Below, in pieces: positions 32,939 to 47,728 of a stretch of DNA of 64,000 bases (position 1 is the first letter of the stretch; every line of letters starts with the position of its first letter). The DNA lies in contig OZ365111.1 in assembly GCA_977030845.1 (NCBI GenBank), positions 12,028,001 through 12,092,000 of the forward strand. Reading direction: 5' to 3'. The translations under genes and the position numbers were made by a program. The notes beneath the pieces were generated by a model, which was not told where the DNA came from, ran no database searches, and saw only the letters and a program-made list of their open reading frames with translations. The stretch is from Fimbriosthenelais zetlandica. Lineage: Eukaryota.

Positions 32939-35900
32939 AGAAAAAATAAACAATTTAATACATTATGTAGGCCTACATGACACAGTCCTATTTGACTATA
33001 AATATCCTTGGCAATTACCGGTAATGCCATTAGCATGTCACAATTAATGAGAAAATAAGAGAAACTGGTTGAGACGATGCCGGCGTCCATAAGACCGCGC
33101 AAATTTTATTGAGTAATAAAATTGTTTTAAAAATCCAAGGAGCCAGGTGTGGACCTGTATAGATGGACTACGAGTTACTGGAGTGATGTGTGGGAGGCAC
33201 TGACAGGGTGGACAGAGGTGACCACTTAGTGCCACCAAAAGAGGCTCATTGCACTCCATCCATATTGATGTATGTCATCAAAATATTATATATACAAAAT
33301 GTTAACAACAGCCAAGGCATGTTACAAGTGTGTATGATCTTCTGTATACATCGTACAAATTATCTATAGTTTTCAAAATCGTTATGCAAATCATGAACCA
33401 GGTGTTACTCTCGAGCAAGCCAAAAATTTACATATATACAATGTACCCGGTAGCTTATATCGATTTAAATTTGATGTGCAATATGAAGAGTATTGTGATA
33501 ATGCGGGAAATTTATTACAGAAGCGTTCCGCGATTATTAATCTACTTTGTGGTACTGTAATTTTCGTTTCGAAAACACCAGCTCATCTATAGTATAATGA
33601 TATCGTAAAATACACATTCTAGCACACTATAATTATGCTCAGCAAAACGCACCGAAATTATGAAAATTCTGTAGCCTTACCTGCCGATTTTAAAATCTTC
33701 AAATGGGCGTATACCAATTCCTGACTAAAATAATCATATTAATGTGTGGCAGAACAGAAACTACTTATTATCCATCGAATCCTTTTTGGGGAACACCTGT
33801 TAAAATCTAAACGTGTGACGTCCCCCAGAGGTTCTGAAGTAGGGTAGTCAAATACCAAAATAGGCTATCCTCATACAAAAATCTATGAGAAGTCGTGCAT
33901 CCTTATAGTAGAACTAACCCAATGTCCACCCACCGCTTGCATGCGTGCATGCATGCTTTTGGTCAGCTTAGCTTGAAGATACACTTCTCATAAATGATAA
34001 TATTCATGTATTATAAGGTCCGGAACTAATTGTCTTAAACCCTATTCAATTCCAATTGTGCGAAGAGTCGTGGAAATTCCCACATGAAAAACAAACATCC
34101 CTGGGTTCATGGGCAGCAATGAAACTGCTTGCTTACACGACTCTCACCATTGGTAGAGGGTGAAAATGGTCGACCTTTGATCGTACAGGTAGCAGCACTA
34201 GCCACAAAACGAGAGTGGCAAATTTGGATAGTGCATGGGCAATATAATAGGTCCATTTACATGATAAATTCCAAGAAAAAACTCAACATTTTATGTTCTA
34301 CAGTTTATTGAAATGAACCGTGTAAGCTTCTTATCCAGGTCATAAGCAAAGGAAACATTCAATTACAAATTTGTACACAATGCTTTCTTTCCATAACACT
34401 TAAAATAAACATCAAAACAAGCCTCACATCGGACGAAGGCAGAGGTTTAATTTCACTGTGTTCAGTGTTATTTAACACAGAGACCTTCTTAAATGTACAA
34501 TCTATATGTTAATAATATGGCTGTATATTATATATATGAGTACATGTTTAGAGGTGGTTTGGTAGGCACGAGGACAATGCCAGTCGTGCATTAATATTCA
34601 TAGCTTTTAGCAACTATTTGTCTTACATAAGATTGGTGCTAATTAAATTCTACTGACAATTAAAATTGATCATTTGAATCTGAAGAAGTTTGACAATGGG
34701 TACACGTATATAATTATGTAACTGCATTAAGCAGTTATTATGTCCTGAAGAGGAGGTAAAACGTTCAAGTATTTAATATTTACATACATGGAACATGTAA
34801 GGGCATAGGCTCCACATTCATGAGGTTTTTAAAAAGTCTACAAGAAACTTTACGATTTTGACAAGAGATTATGATTACGGTACATAAAGGTATATTCATT
34901 TCGGCCTACTTCTTCACAAAGATCACTTTTACAATTTTCATATATTTTAACTTGTTAATTTTTCCTACCTAATCAAGATTATTATACATCAGGAATCATG
35001 AGGAAGTTTAGACATGCATGTAATATTTCATTTGCTGTCACTTTAGAGAAACCTATTCATGTGGCTGTCATCATTAGGACATTCGTAATAATAGTTTTTT
35101 TTTTAATAAGTAAAGAGGAATTACTGGTACAAGGAACAGGGCACGATTTGGAAGATCATCGAGAGGAGGGATGCTTAGTTGAATCCTGGATACATACAAA
35201 CAATATTACACTATTCATCTACTAACATTTACTATTTAAGTGACAATTTAAAAGGAATAAGGTAATCTTTTTCTCGTCCTCTTTCATCAGAAAACATGAT
35301 GGAATTCTGATCGAATGTGTTATAACCGAGAACACTTTTACAAATAAAGATTGGGGGCTTAATAGATAGGATTATATATAGGCCTACGTGTAAATAATAA
35401 TATACGCCTCCATGCCCACTTGGTTTAAACGTAACACTTTTAGTTATTTAGACAAAAGTTGTTCCCTACCATTAACACAAGGTGGCACAAGGTTGACAAT
35501 AATAGGACAAAGTGCCTATTATTCAAAGAAGATCCCTTCAACAGACCTGATTGTTCAAAGGACAGTTGGTGATTTCATGTGTACATCTGAAAGTTTCAAC
35601 TAAATGCCTCCAAGTTCCTGAGATTATAATTATATTTCCTGAAGGCGAATATAGGGCCTCGGTTAGAGGGGATTTATTTTCTAAGGTGGCAAGTACTTTT
35701 TCACTCTAACCTAAGTCGAAATTTTAAGAGTCGAAGGGAGTTGAATTCAGTCTGAACAATTTGCAATGTTCATATAAAGCTGGGATGATTTCCTCTAATA
35801 AGTGATACATGAGCTTTGCTTTGGCAATATTTTCATTTACTATTTTCTATGTCATCATATGAGGGCAAAAATAACCAAAGAAGGACATTTACATTCCCAA

Positions 35901-37846
35901 AGCGAAATAAGATTTAGTGAAATAATGTTAGGTGAATTTTTACGTCCATTGCAATCTAGTGCTCATACACAAAATGCAAATGGAGGCGAGGAGATCGTTA
36001 AGAATTTGCTAGCCGGATTCTGATAAAGCACTAGCATCTGATTATCACAGATAAAGTTACATTACTTTATAATATATAATGTCAATCATTGTCGATTTAA
36101 AGACAATTTATATTGATTACAACCCTAATGGTTACCTCAGCTAATGCAAGATAAAAGTTCACTGTCTTTCTTCTATCTTATAATATGAAAGGTCATCTAT
36201 CCTAGGAGCCAAGTAGCTTAGCTTTTCTACGATACATGTTACAATAAATATATACTATCTTAGTCACAAAACATGTCCCATCATAGGAGCAGCTTCTAGA
36301 TCACAAAAAGCTAGATAAATTTGAGTACCGGTAATGAAACCCAGATAAAAGTTCAATTTTACAGAAAAAGGAAAAACGGAATTACTAATGCAATGGCCGA
36401 CAGTCCAAAGGTATGTTAATAGGAAAAGCAATGCACTGCTACAGCTGGAACTATATGACCTATGTATTAGTAGCAACAGATATGAGTTTGCTATTCCAAC
36501 CAAATATTTTATGAGGTATACAACTCTTATTCAATGAGATTATATTAACGACATCTGAGTTACTCTTTAGTATCAAAACTCTGGTGTAAAATGAATGAGT
36601 ATGTTGCGATGGGGTTCATACAAACAAAAGCCATAAAATGCACTGGCAAGTTGACCCTCAATTTCTTTCTATTTTTGAGCCTATAGCTGTGGAAAGCCTA
36701 TAATATATATATATATATAAATAATAATTGAAAATCATTATAACTTCAAAAAGTTCTGCTTCTCATAAGTGAAAAAATATCTTGACTATGAAATAGGGGT
36801 TTATTAAAGCAAATAGTAAAGGTTTTAGAGCTTCATGCCTCGGTATTAAGTGGTAGTCATAATGCGGTTTCTTCGAAGCATCCTTTATCATATTATGATA
36901 AAATAAAGACAGACACCAAAAGCTACATCCTATTAAATGTGGATACATATATATAATAGCCATTGCCATATCACAATTTATAAATATGACAGCATAAATA
37001 TTGCATCTATCTATGAAAACCTAGAGTATTTCATTGAAGCTATATATAATAGTGTAAATCTACCCCCTTGTGTACAAGTACAACTCTAATATTTTCACAG
37101 GAGAGGTCAGCTCAAATTAACACTTTACAACCGTTTCATATAACCCTAATATTTCTACTTTGATATCTTTTAGTTTCATACCTCAAATTCAGAATTGTTC
37201 ACACTCTTGGAACTAACATGAAGAAATTCACATTTGCAATTTTTTTTTTCAATCAAATTTGTTTCACCATATCATGGCCTTTTTTTCCACTGGGCACTGA
37301 TTTTTCGACCAAATCCTGAAGATAACCTTTTCTATGTACAAGTGCATGAGCAGCATGTGAGTAAATGTGCGTGCAAAGTGCTATAGAATTCCATCTAGAA
37401 GATATAAAATCTATATCTTTTCCTTTTGTATTTTTACATATGTATGAAAAAGAACCACAATAGGAACCATAAAGTATAATCAAGGGAAACTAATTAAAGG
37501 GGGGGGGATAAATTCTCTTAAGCTCACCACTGAAGCCCAAAACAGATGGGATCAGCTTGTCATATATTATAGAGAAATAAATCTCACGTTCATCAAGTTG
37601 CAGTTAAAGAGTCCTATAGAAGTTCTACCTCAGAAAATATAGACAGAGGGAGGAAGATTCCCCCCAACTCCTTCGGTGTAGTTTCTCTACGAGGGAGAGT
37701 TGGGGGGTAGGAAAAGAAGGTAAGGTGGGGGGAGGAATAGTGGAACAGCACACGGTGTTGGCCTCCAGGATTTGTCGTCAGTGGTATAAACACTTCCTGT
37801 ATGACACTCAGCTGGCGTCATGACGATAAACCCCTTGACCCTGTAG

Positions 37847-38041
37847 TCAGATATTAGGCAGGTGTGGTGTGTCTTTTTCCTTCTCCTTAACATCCCTGCC
37901 GCCGCCGCCGCCACCTCCTCCACCTCCAGGTCCCTGGGACTGACCCGGCGGGCATTTCTTCTGTACGGGTTTGGCGTTCTGTGGTACGGGAGACTGTGAT
38001 GTATGCACGTTGGTCAACGAGGGAAGTGTGTTGAGATAATT
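37847..38041 (-). CDS. CDKL1: CDKL1 last coding exon (poly-Gly tract, ends HLPNI-stop)
   Basis: Long polypyrimidine acceptor ctctttctcttccAG; NYLNTLPSLT...GP(G)10RDVKEKEKDTPHLPNI*; the C-terminal [HF]xPNI is typical of CDKL1 orthologues. Confidence 0.88.
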   Translation of the reverse strand, partial: NYLNTLPSLTNVHTSQSPVPQNAKPVQKKCPPGQSQGPGGGGGGGGGGRDVKEKEKDTPHLPNI

Positions 38042-40628
38042 CTGGAAGAGAAAGAGGGAGAGTAAAGTTCCACATGTGGCTTATCATTTGAGAAAATTCA
38101 CCAAAGTTGTCCTTATAATAGGTGAACTGGAACCCTTGAAGAGAAGAAAGAAAGGATATGTCATAGTGATGCATCAGCCAAGTGAAAATAATTTTAAGGC
38201 AAGTAGTATTGAAGAGTGGGCATTCCCAGCACTGAAATAGTAAATGCAAGGTTATGTTTTTGCAGTAGAAAAAGTTGAAAAAAGAGTTGGAAGTTGAAGT
38301 AAAGGACTTATTCATGGCTGGATATAACAGAAATATACTCGACACATTTGGAAGAAGAAATTGTTCTAATTTTCGACAGTAATAGAATAAATTTTAGTCT
38401 ACAAAAATGGATAAAGTATCAAATATTCGAGATTAGATATTATACTACTGTATGAAGAAAATTTGGTGCAAAATCTACATCTTAATATCCATGTATATAG
38501 GTAATTGTAAATGCAATGGATAATTCTAAGTAAATTGTTAAAAATACTGACCATAATATAAAAAAAATACTGCAAAGGTGCAGCGGGATATGGGAAAAGT
38601 GCAAAATACTTGAAGCGAAAATATAAAGAGAATGTAAACATGATAGATATGGAGCAAGAAGCAAGTAACCAAGTCTGATATTTTGGAAAATTTGCAGAGT
38701 GGAAAATGGTGAAGAGTTGAATCTTCCACTGTATGGTATAGATGTGCCGATAAAATGGAATGAATTCTTAGATTGAGGTAAACTTGAGTGAAAGAAATAC
38801 ATGTAATTTATTCGCCTCTTCCTTATTATATAGGCTTAAATGTGGTAAGGATTCATAACATTGAGCTAATCTGAATGGAACCCCAATGTGAATTCTCAAA
38901 AGTGCAGGGGACCTAGATGTGGTCCAACTAAATAGAAATTCCATCTTTTAATTCCAAGACCGATATACTTTCTGTTCAGAAGATATAGGAGAAAGAGAGA
39001 AATCTATCTGGCTTTAGTCTATAACCAACCATTAAGAGATAAATGCATTGATCACCTTTCTAAGGCCAGGACTGACATTTAGGATGGAAAGGCAACCACA
39101 AAGAAAAGGTCTCACTTTTTATCTTCCCTCTCAACTAGTCAGTATAATATTTCCAAATTATGAAACCTATTACAAGAATAAACTTAACACTTTGAGTCAC
39201 TTTCCAGACTCACTCCGGACTGTCAATATCTAGAACTATATTACATAATTGAAATAAGAGAATTATTTTACAACCTAAAATGTATGTTATTAACAACTTA
39301 AAATCTAAGACTACCGGTCCTTTATTCATTTTAAGCATTTTTGTACGGTTGACATGGACCAATGACTAATATAGATTGTCTAACGGTTACCTTTTGGTTA
39401 TCTATCTCTCACATAGATATCAGAAGATGAGTACTACCTTTCTATGAATAGTTTTTGTAAGTTTGATTCGATGGATATGTGTTAATTAACCTAATAAGAG
39501 ACTAAATGGGTTATAGGGTTTGTGTTTAATATGTTACCTAATTCATTTACTAAATCTATGTCGATGATGGAGACTATTGTATGTGCATTTCTGAAAAAAA
39601 AATTGCCTCTACCAGCTTGTGCAAGTCTATTGAGGTCACTTGGAAAGCTTAAGAGCATATATATATTATATAGTAGCTACGGAGAGATTATGGTCACTTG
39701 CCTTTCCAGCCTTGTTTTTTATCTGCAGAATTAAAATTTTCGGAACATAAGCATTGATTAATGGCTTTGATCAACTTGACAATGTTTGGAGTAAGTAAAT
39801 AACTTGGCTTTGTCAGAAAAATGTCCTTTTGTAGTCGTAGTGCTTGACTAGAAAGGCAGAAATACTAAAAATGAAAAGCAAACAATATCTGGAACCATTG
39901 TCCCCACAGATGGAGAACATGCTTCGTCAATGCTGGATCATGACTTTTGAGATTTTTGAGTTAGTGGAAGGACATAAGCAGTGCTAGTCACCCATTGGAA
40001 AAGATGTTTGACAAAGACGAAATCCACAGACCTATGACAATAATTATGGGGTTTTCATTTACGGTATTAAATTTCCATCAAGATCAATGATTAAATTACA
40101 ACATATTATTGAAGAATGCAGTCCAGATAATCTACTGAATATAAATTCCATATAAAGGTCCCAAAACTACGTTGAAACGAACCAAATGAACATGAAGAAA
40201 ACTACGGGATGAAAGTTTTGAATGAATGATAACTAGGTATGTAAATATTCATAGGCGTGATAGGGGTCTATCTGCAAGAGATAAATGGAAATAAATCGGG
40301 ATATATTTCCATTATCTGCTCTTGCTAAAAAAAAAAAATGGAGAAAGGGGAGAGGATACATGTATTGAGAGGTAATACCGTAAATGTATTACCGATACTA
40401 AGTGTATACTAGAGAAGAAACACAACAAGATGACGAACTCCATCACATCTACCACAATGAAGCAGAGGGGAATGAGATTAAAATGATCTGGAAGAAAGTA
40501 AAATATCTGGATGGTGCTACGTAAGACGGCGATGTGTGAGAGAGAGACAAGACTTTGTTCAGGAGTACCATATATAGTAGCGAGTACCTAAGGAGTACTC
40601 CTCTAGTATTATCATGTTCATCACTTAC

Positions 40629-40685
40629 CATTCCCCTACCATCTGATTTCTGCATCATGACGTGATCATAATGAAAGTGGGACTT
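40629..40685 (-). CDS. CDKL1: Candidate CDKL1 cassette exon (KSHFHYDHVMMQKSDGRGM)
   Basis: 57 nt, phase 0/0, GTAAGT donor at 40627-40628, AG at 40686-40687 after a pyrimidine tract; no homology support. Confidence 0.5.
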
Positions 40686-40927
40686 CTTTTTTGTGGAAAG
40701 AAAACAAAATAAATGTCTTTAAACATTCTCCTATTCCATTTGATTTCTTAATTAAGGATTCTAGAGATCATATTAGAGTCCCTTATTATGCTAGGTAAGG
40801 TTTCCTAATTAGTAAGGGCGTGCCAAATGGTATATATTTCTCTTTGAGTCCTAAATAATATACTTTTTTCCTTTAAAAAAATATTATCCAAAGTTTTATG
40901 ATTTTAAGACTGATATTGGATACTCAC

Positions 40928-41098
40928 CGTCGTCCGAGACTTTTGCTGATCCCTTATATCTTTAGCCTTCCTCTCTCGCCGCCGATGCTCGTCTGATCTT
41001 CGTGTGTCTTCCTTTTCTAAGAAATTCTTGTCAAAGTACTCATGTTCAAGCAACTCTTCACAGGTTGATCTATCACAGGGATCCATTTTGAAACATAG
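40928..41098 (-). CDS. CDKL1: CDKL1 coding exon 8 (end of kinase domain)
   Basis: LCFKMDPCDRSTCEELLEHEYFD...QQKSRTT; ctacctAG / GTGAGT. Confidence 0.93.
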
Positions 41099-41259
41099 CT
41101 AGGTAGAGAAGAGACACGTTTTGTTATAACATCGATTAAGCCAAGTTCAAACCAAAGAAAGTTCACCTATCACTTAGAATTTAATAGAATTTAAAGATTC
41201 TAAATTTAGCTTAAATTCATGGTGAGATTATGTGGGGAATATATTTAACATCTGCTTAC

Positions 41260-41316
41260 CTGCATGAAGGACATGGCAGCAGGAGATATATTAGGAAACT
41301 TTTCTGTGAGAGGTTC
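41260..41316 (-). CDS. CDKL1: CDKL1 coding exon 7
   Basis: EPLTEKFPNISPAAMSFMQ; tttctAG / GTAAGC. Confidence 0.92.
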
Positions 41317-41426
41317 CTAGAAATGAAAATTTTGGGTGTCAGTGTAGGCGGAGAAATGAAAAATCTAGGCTAGCAAGATTAAAACAAAACGATTATATTG
41401 AAATGAAAGTAATTTATCTCGCTCAC

Positions 41427-41509
41427 CTGGCATTCAGGTACCGGGATTTGGAGACCTCTAAAGAAGGAGTTATTGGAGAAAATCTCCATATGTCGGGGCA
41501 ATAAATCAC
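41427..41509 (-). CDS. CDKL1: CDKL1 coding exon 6
   Basis: (G)DLLPRHMEIFSNNSFFRGLQIPVPECQ; cttacAG / GTGAGC. Confidence 0.93.
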
Positions 41510-41785
41510 CTGTAAGCAAGACAATACCATTAAAATATGTCCCTAAATATTTATAAGCCCTTTCCCTTGGAGTTGGGATGGAAAGGATCTCATTATTGGT
41601 TTGTTTTAACAAAATTAAACAATTTCAAGACGTGCACAAGTCTAAAACCTACACTAAAAGGTAACATATTGATTGAAAACTAATACTTTATATTAGACTC
41701 TAATTAAGAACCTGAAAAAATATCAAAATGCTTAGTCAGTTAAGAAATATTTATCCCAGGTTTTTAACACGATAGTTTTTAATTA

Positions 41786-42019
<234 letters not shown>

Positions 42020-42229
42020 TTACATTTGAATTTTTTTAGATTTATTTGTACTCGAGAAACAAGCGTTACCAGTCACAGGTTTTACTTCAAATATATGTTA
42101 AATTAATGTTTACCTGAAAAATATACAAGGTGTTATGATGTTATTAAATACCTTAATTTAATGCCTTTTTATGTTTGACTTTATTTTTTCTCTGTCTATT
42201 CATATGTCTATATCTCTTCTAGTTCTTTA

Positions 42230-42367
<138 letters not shown>

Positions 42368-44465
42368 CTAGTTTAACATTCCATCTCTTAATAACTTCTT
42401 TTTGATGTCAGATATTCAAATAGCGACATGCATTGTACAGATCTAAATATCTTAGAATTTTAGATGTACATGTACATACAACTCTGAAACTGTATGTACG
42501 TTAGGACATATCCAAACCTTTTGTTCAACCGATTTCACACCAACAAAAAATCCCTTGCAATAGTTTTAATCTAATGGGAAGGCTCTCGAAAATCAATGAT
42601 TCCTGGGAGCCTTGGCCAAATATTTGCCAAACAACCCACAGTGGGACTGTGGTGCACTGAGGCATAATGAACGGTCAACTGCAGTTCCCGACCCCTGATT
42701 TTCTCTTAGAAATATTATATTTTTATATCTTTAAATATATTGAATTTTTCAGTGAGATCATAAAAATAAAACGTTTTGTTTACAACATATCAGTTGAAGG
42801 GCCTTTGAATATTCTGTCGAACATCCTCAATACCCGAACAAAAATTAATAAAGCTAGAATAGTCAAGTGTTCATTTTTAAATTAATTAACCTGGCAAAAG
42901 TTCTGCCATTTCCTAGTAAATGCCCCGTGAAAAGCCAAGATTTGGCATTAAGTTTTATCGAATATATTTATAAACAAAATAATCTGGCATTGGTCTGGCA
43001 CAAGTCTATTGTCTAATTTGGTTGGAGCTTTTGTAATGGCCTCGCATGGGTAGGATCCTTGTTGCTATGTGTTCAACCTAAACAATGGAGGCGCAGGCAG
43101 CTGGGAGGGGAGAGAAGTGGCTTGGTGTTGGTGGGGTGGGTGGGTGTTTTGGGGGAGGTATTAGTATAGCTTACTCAACCTTGCACCTGTCTCCGCAGGT
43201 AATGTGTTAGCGGTTTAAAACCAGAATCATTGTGATATTTTAAAAATAAGTACAAGAAGGTCATGCATCTTTTCTACGATCTGTAGCTGATCAAATCTGA
43301 ATTCAAATTTTGGTTATTTGAACTCACAAATTGCATGGATCCTACAGCTTGATATCAATGTTTCACTAATTTATTTATTCAACCGAAGAGTAAGATATTT
43401 TGACTTGAATTACAAGTATTATTGTACTGCGCCGAATCTGATTAGAGAAGCTTATAATACGTACCTTAAATCATATACCATGGGAAATGAGGGGAAATCA
43501 ATGGGTAGATGATAAAGGTTGCTCAATCAATGAGATGAATTATAGATAAGATAATACATATTTCTGTGATGATACAATGTGTAGATCTATATACCAGTGC
43601 CAGCGGCCCTATCATACTCCAACCAGGGCTAATGTTTACTTAGGGATTGAACCTCAATCCTCCATTCCATATGGATACAATCACATATTTTAATCCAGTA
43701 TTTCAATGCAATAATCAATTGATATAGGTCTTGACCATATTTATACATTGACCCGATGCAATGGCTGATTTATTGTTGGGGGCAAGAAATGTATTAAGAA
43801 TTTGGTATGAAATTAAGAATAATTGAATTTTAACAATCAACTCAGGTGGCCGCAGGCAGGAATAATCTTTTCAGATCATAATATTTTACAGCCAAATCCC
43901 CTTCACAATTAGTAGCTCGAACCTGCTGCATAATTTTAGTTATACAAGTGCCTTCTGAGAAGTACCGAGTAATGTTCTTTATAATATTATTAGTTACTCC
44001 TGCCTCTATTTTGTGCATTGTGTGTTTTGGCTTGGACTACTCCGGGGCCGTATAACTGCCAACGTTAATTTAATCAGGGGAATAGAACTTTAAACAACAA
44101 GACCCAGAATTTACATCAAACTATTCAAACCGCTAGCGTTATAAATCAGTTGAACAATAATTTGGTCACCGCATTTAAGCGACAATGATAAAAATCACTG
44201 CAATAACTTTTTATGTATGTCAGAGTTAAATATATTGTTCTTTTGTTACAGGAGTTTGCTGGTATTTAATCATGAGGCATGGATTTCAAATATAGCTAGC
44301 TCTATATTAATTTATCCAAGTCATATGTAAATTAATATTGCATATTGGGTAATAACAAAACACTAAGTAAATAACATACTCTCTGGGACAGAAAATAATA
44401 TGTAATGGTATTAGTCGGAAGGAAATGTATTATATTTCAGAAGAGAAAATGGAAAAAATACTTAC

Positions 44466-44538
44466 ATTGTGACCGTGACAAAAGTTGACGGCATGTAACG
44501 TTTGCCATACTATTCGTTTTGTTAAAGTTTCGGGTACC
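44466..44538 (-). CDS. CDKL1: CDKL1 coding exon 3
   Basis: (G)VPETLTKRIVWQTLHAVNFCHGHN; tttttccAG / GTAAGT. Confidence 0.95.
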
Positions 44539-46350
44539 CTGGAAAAACAAAAGGTTACATCAAATTCATATTACCAATAATTACTCCGGAAAAAATAGAT
44601 TTTCCAAAGGATTTTGGCCCTTATATGACTGCCACTGTATTATCGAATAGTAGAGTTCATTGCATATACAAGTAAAATCAATTTTCAAAACATGATATAC
44701 TATTCGCAGAAAAAGAACAAATACATTTAAACTTTTCTAACTGAGAGTGTCTTTATCAAAGCAAATATTTATACATTGAATTGCAAATATATATATTCAG
44801 CCATTTTTGAAATTACTAAATTTTACCAGAAGATGATAAAATAACGCTAGACCTCCCTGCACTAAAGAGTTGAGAGGCGTGTGGATGAAGTAATACTATC
44901 TCATCGTTACCAAGGGTGAAAACCTTTCACCGCGCTGGGCAACATATTCTCATGTATTATTCACACCTAGTCATAAAGGTGCCTGGGGCTTACTAAATAT
45001 ACTGAGAATACCTGCCTAAATAACGCTTACATAATGTAATTGCTCCCGAATGTAATGTGAGGAGGGTAAAAGGCCAGGTTAAATTGGTATTAAAGTAGCG
45101 AGTTATAACAGGGGAGGGAACAATGCTGAGCCGGCGAGGGAAATGCAGGACAAGTCAGACTTTATGGCCATTCCTAATTCATTTAACATCGCAATTATAG
45201 ATTAGGAGTGAGTAATTTCACATCACTCTGCAATAAATGTCTCGTATAACTCATGAGGAAGGAAGGTTTGCCACAGGTGAAACTGGGACGTTTACAGGGA
45301 ATAGGCTTAATTACTATTTCCTGAAAGCCTTTAGAGTTTCTGATGTAAAAAAAAAATCATAACGGATTTAAGTGTGGGTTTTTTAAAAATGGGATTAGCT
45401 TTTAGAGATTCTAATTTGTTTAAATTTAAGCTTTACCGTTGGATTGATGTGTTTTTTTAAATAGGAAAGCCTGCATATGGGTAAATCTTACTGAAATCCG
45501 GTGATTTTTGTTAAATTCCTTTAAGGGACACCTGGGCAGCAGCCCGGCAGCTTTTATTCTATTTGCCATAACCAATCCAGAGACCTTATACAAGCAGACC
45601 TTATAATCTCAGCACTGTTAAAAGTACAAAGTTCTAACAAAGAACACTGGTGTATTATTACGTAACACCTAAATGAAACACACCTGTTGTGAAAAGAACT
45701 TTGTTTATATAGCCAAGTCTTGCATATCTTTTCCTTCAATATGTGTAAGCTACCAGAATGTAATATAAATGTACGTAAGAGATAATTGTCATAGCAAACG
45801 GCCAATAGAACGGAGTCAACAAGCTTTTATGTCGCCACTAAGTAGGCAACCATATGGCGTTGAGAGCAATATGGAGAGCTCATACCAATTTCACCCTGAC
45901 CTAACATACATTTTTTCCCTAAGGTTTTTTAACTCATAAATTAATCAATCAGGCCACGTCATTGATAAAGATATTCTGTCCAAGAATAATAACCTATTTA
46001 AGGGAGCATTCAATGCTTAATAGGTAAAAGTAGATAGAATCAAAATGGTCAATACCTTTGAACAATGTAGCCAAAGCTTTCATGTTTTATCAGACCATGG
46101 ATCAAACGTTGTCAGTACATTGATCAAGATATGGTGGGAGGGGGGGGGGGGGGGGGGTGGGGGAGTGGGGGAGGTGAACTCTTTGGCCTCAGAGCATTAA
46201 TTTCATGTGCAGAATGTCAATTCAACTTACCACCTGGTGCAAGATTCAACAGCAAAAATAAACTGACGTTTCTGTACTTAGTCTTTTTGTACAAGTTTTA
46301 ACCTTTTTTCAGGTTTTATTAGTAAATTTTCAAATTGGATAATAAACTTA

Positions 46351-46512
<162 letters not shown>

Positions 46513-46909
46513 TCATCAGGCATGATTATTTATTAAATATGAGAGGGCAACATATATTTTCCTCATTTTTGATTGTCTGGTCCCTGAAAATATATGTAAT
46601 GAAATAATTAATTTATTGCTTGCGGGTAAATATAGAGAAAATGTGTGTACGGGTACTATCTATTAATATTAATAATTATATTAAAACTAAATCTTTGTAT
46701 TAGAGAAGAAAGGATACATGTAGCTAGGGGACACACAGTCATGTTAAATAAGAAAATTGGGGCTTAACCACTAATACGAATTCTTGGAAATAATATTAAC
46801 TTGTTTTTTTTTCTGTCACGCTAATATCAAGGCTAAAACTATTGAGCGTCGGGAGTCTGCGCACTGCTCAATCACAGTGTCTCCTATGATTTTGTTCGGG
46901 TGTTACACT

Positions 46910-46923
46910 GTTACCATAGAAAC
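46910..46923. promoter_or_regulatory. RFX X-box in CDKL1 intron 1
   Basis: GTTACCATAGAAAC fits GTTNCCATRGNAAC. Confidence 0.55.
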
Positions 46924-47728
46924 GAGGTAAATATTCATGGACGTGCCACGGTTGTGTGTTTGAGCAGGACAGGTGGGCGTCATGAAGGGAGAGTGCTATA
47001 TACAAAGCTGTATTAGATATGTGTCAACCTAGGCTATACATAGACATTAATCATTATTTTTACCTGCCATTAAAATTGGGTTTTGCGTATATTGATTCAA
47101 TCAAGCAAATTGATTCAATTCAAGCCTAAAACAACTATAGGGCCTATTATGGTACCCTTTCAAGATTTTTCTTAATATGGAAGGACTTTAGATTCCTTAA
47201 TTAATATTTTAAATATCGACTTGAAGTCATTCCAATATAATTTTGGCCCGCAGCTTCTAGGTTTAACTCAAGGCCCTGCAATATGCTCCTGAAGTACTAG
47301 CCGGATTGAACATGTCAGAGTGCTCGTTACAATACATAGATGCAGGACACTAGAGATTTTCTGCAAGAGCAGAACATATTGGCGGAAATCATCCATTTCC
47401 ATGTGATAAAGCACCGAGTCATTGTATAGAGATTCTTATACAACACATATGTCCCTAAACTCTACTATAGTTAGTCTTTAGATCTAAGATTCTTGGAAGG
47501 CCATTTATTTTAACACTCGAAAGTGTCCTGCAATGTTTATACCCCGACAGATCGTGGAAATATTATATATCATTATATGGAATATGGTAACTTAGGAAAG
47601 TACTAATGGATGGAGTTTGTAGGCATCCAGAGTATATATCAGAAAGTGTTCAGGAAGGAGGTCTGTGGAGCGGCCGGGGGGATATAAAGTGGATAGAACC
47701 TTCATTTGGCCAAGGCCATGTCTTTCTA

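Noticed and set aside
36264-36330. Plus-strand PIIGAASRSQKAR resembling the Gypsy RNase H PIAYASR motif
   Set aside because: Single weak motif followed by stops, with no other Gypsy motifs nearby.
37887-38345. 152-aa ORF over the CDKL1 last exon
   Set aside because: Wrong frame; the true frame ends in HLPNI-stop at 37847.
40200-40600. Alternative terminal exons for CDKL1 near 40.2-40.6 kb
   Set aside because: Several AG candidates give short non-homologous tails; the 38041 exon with HLPNI is far better supported.
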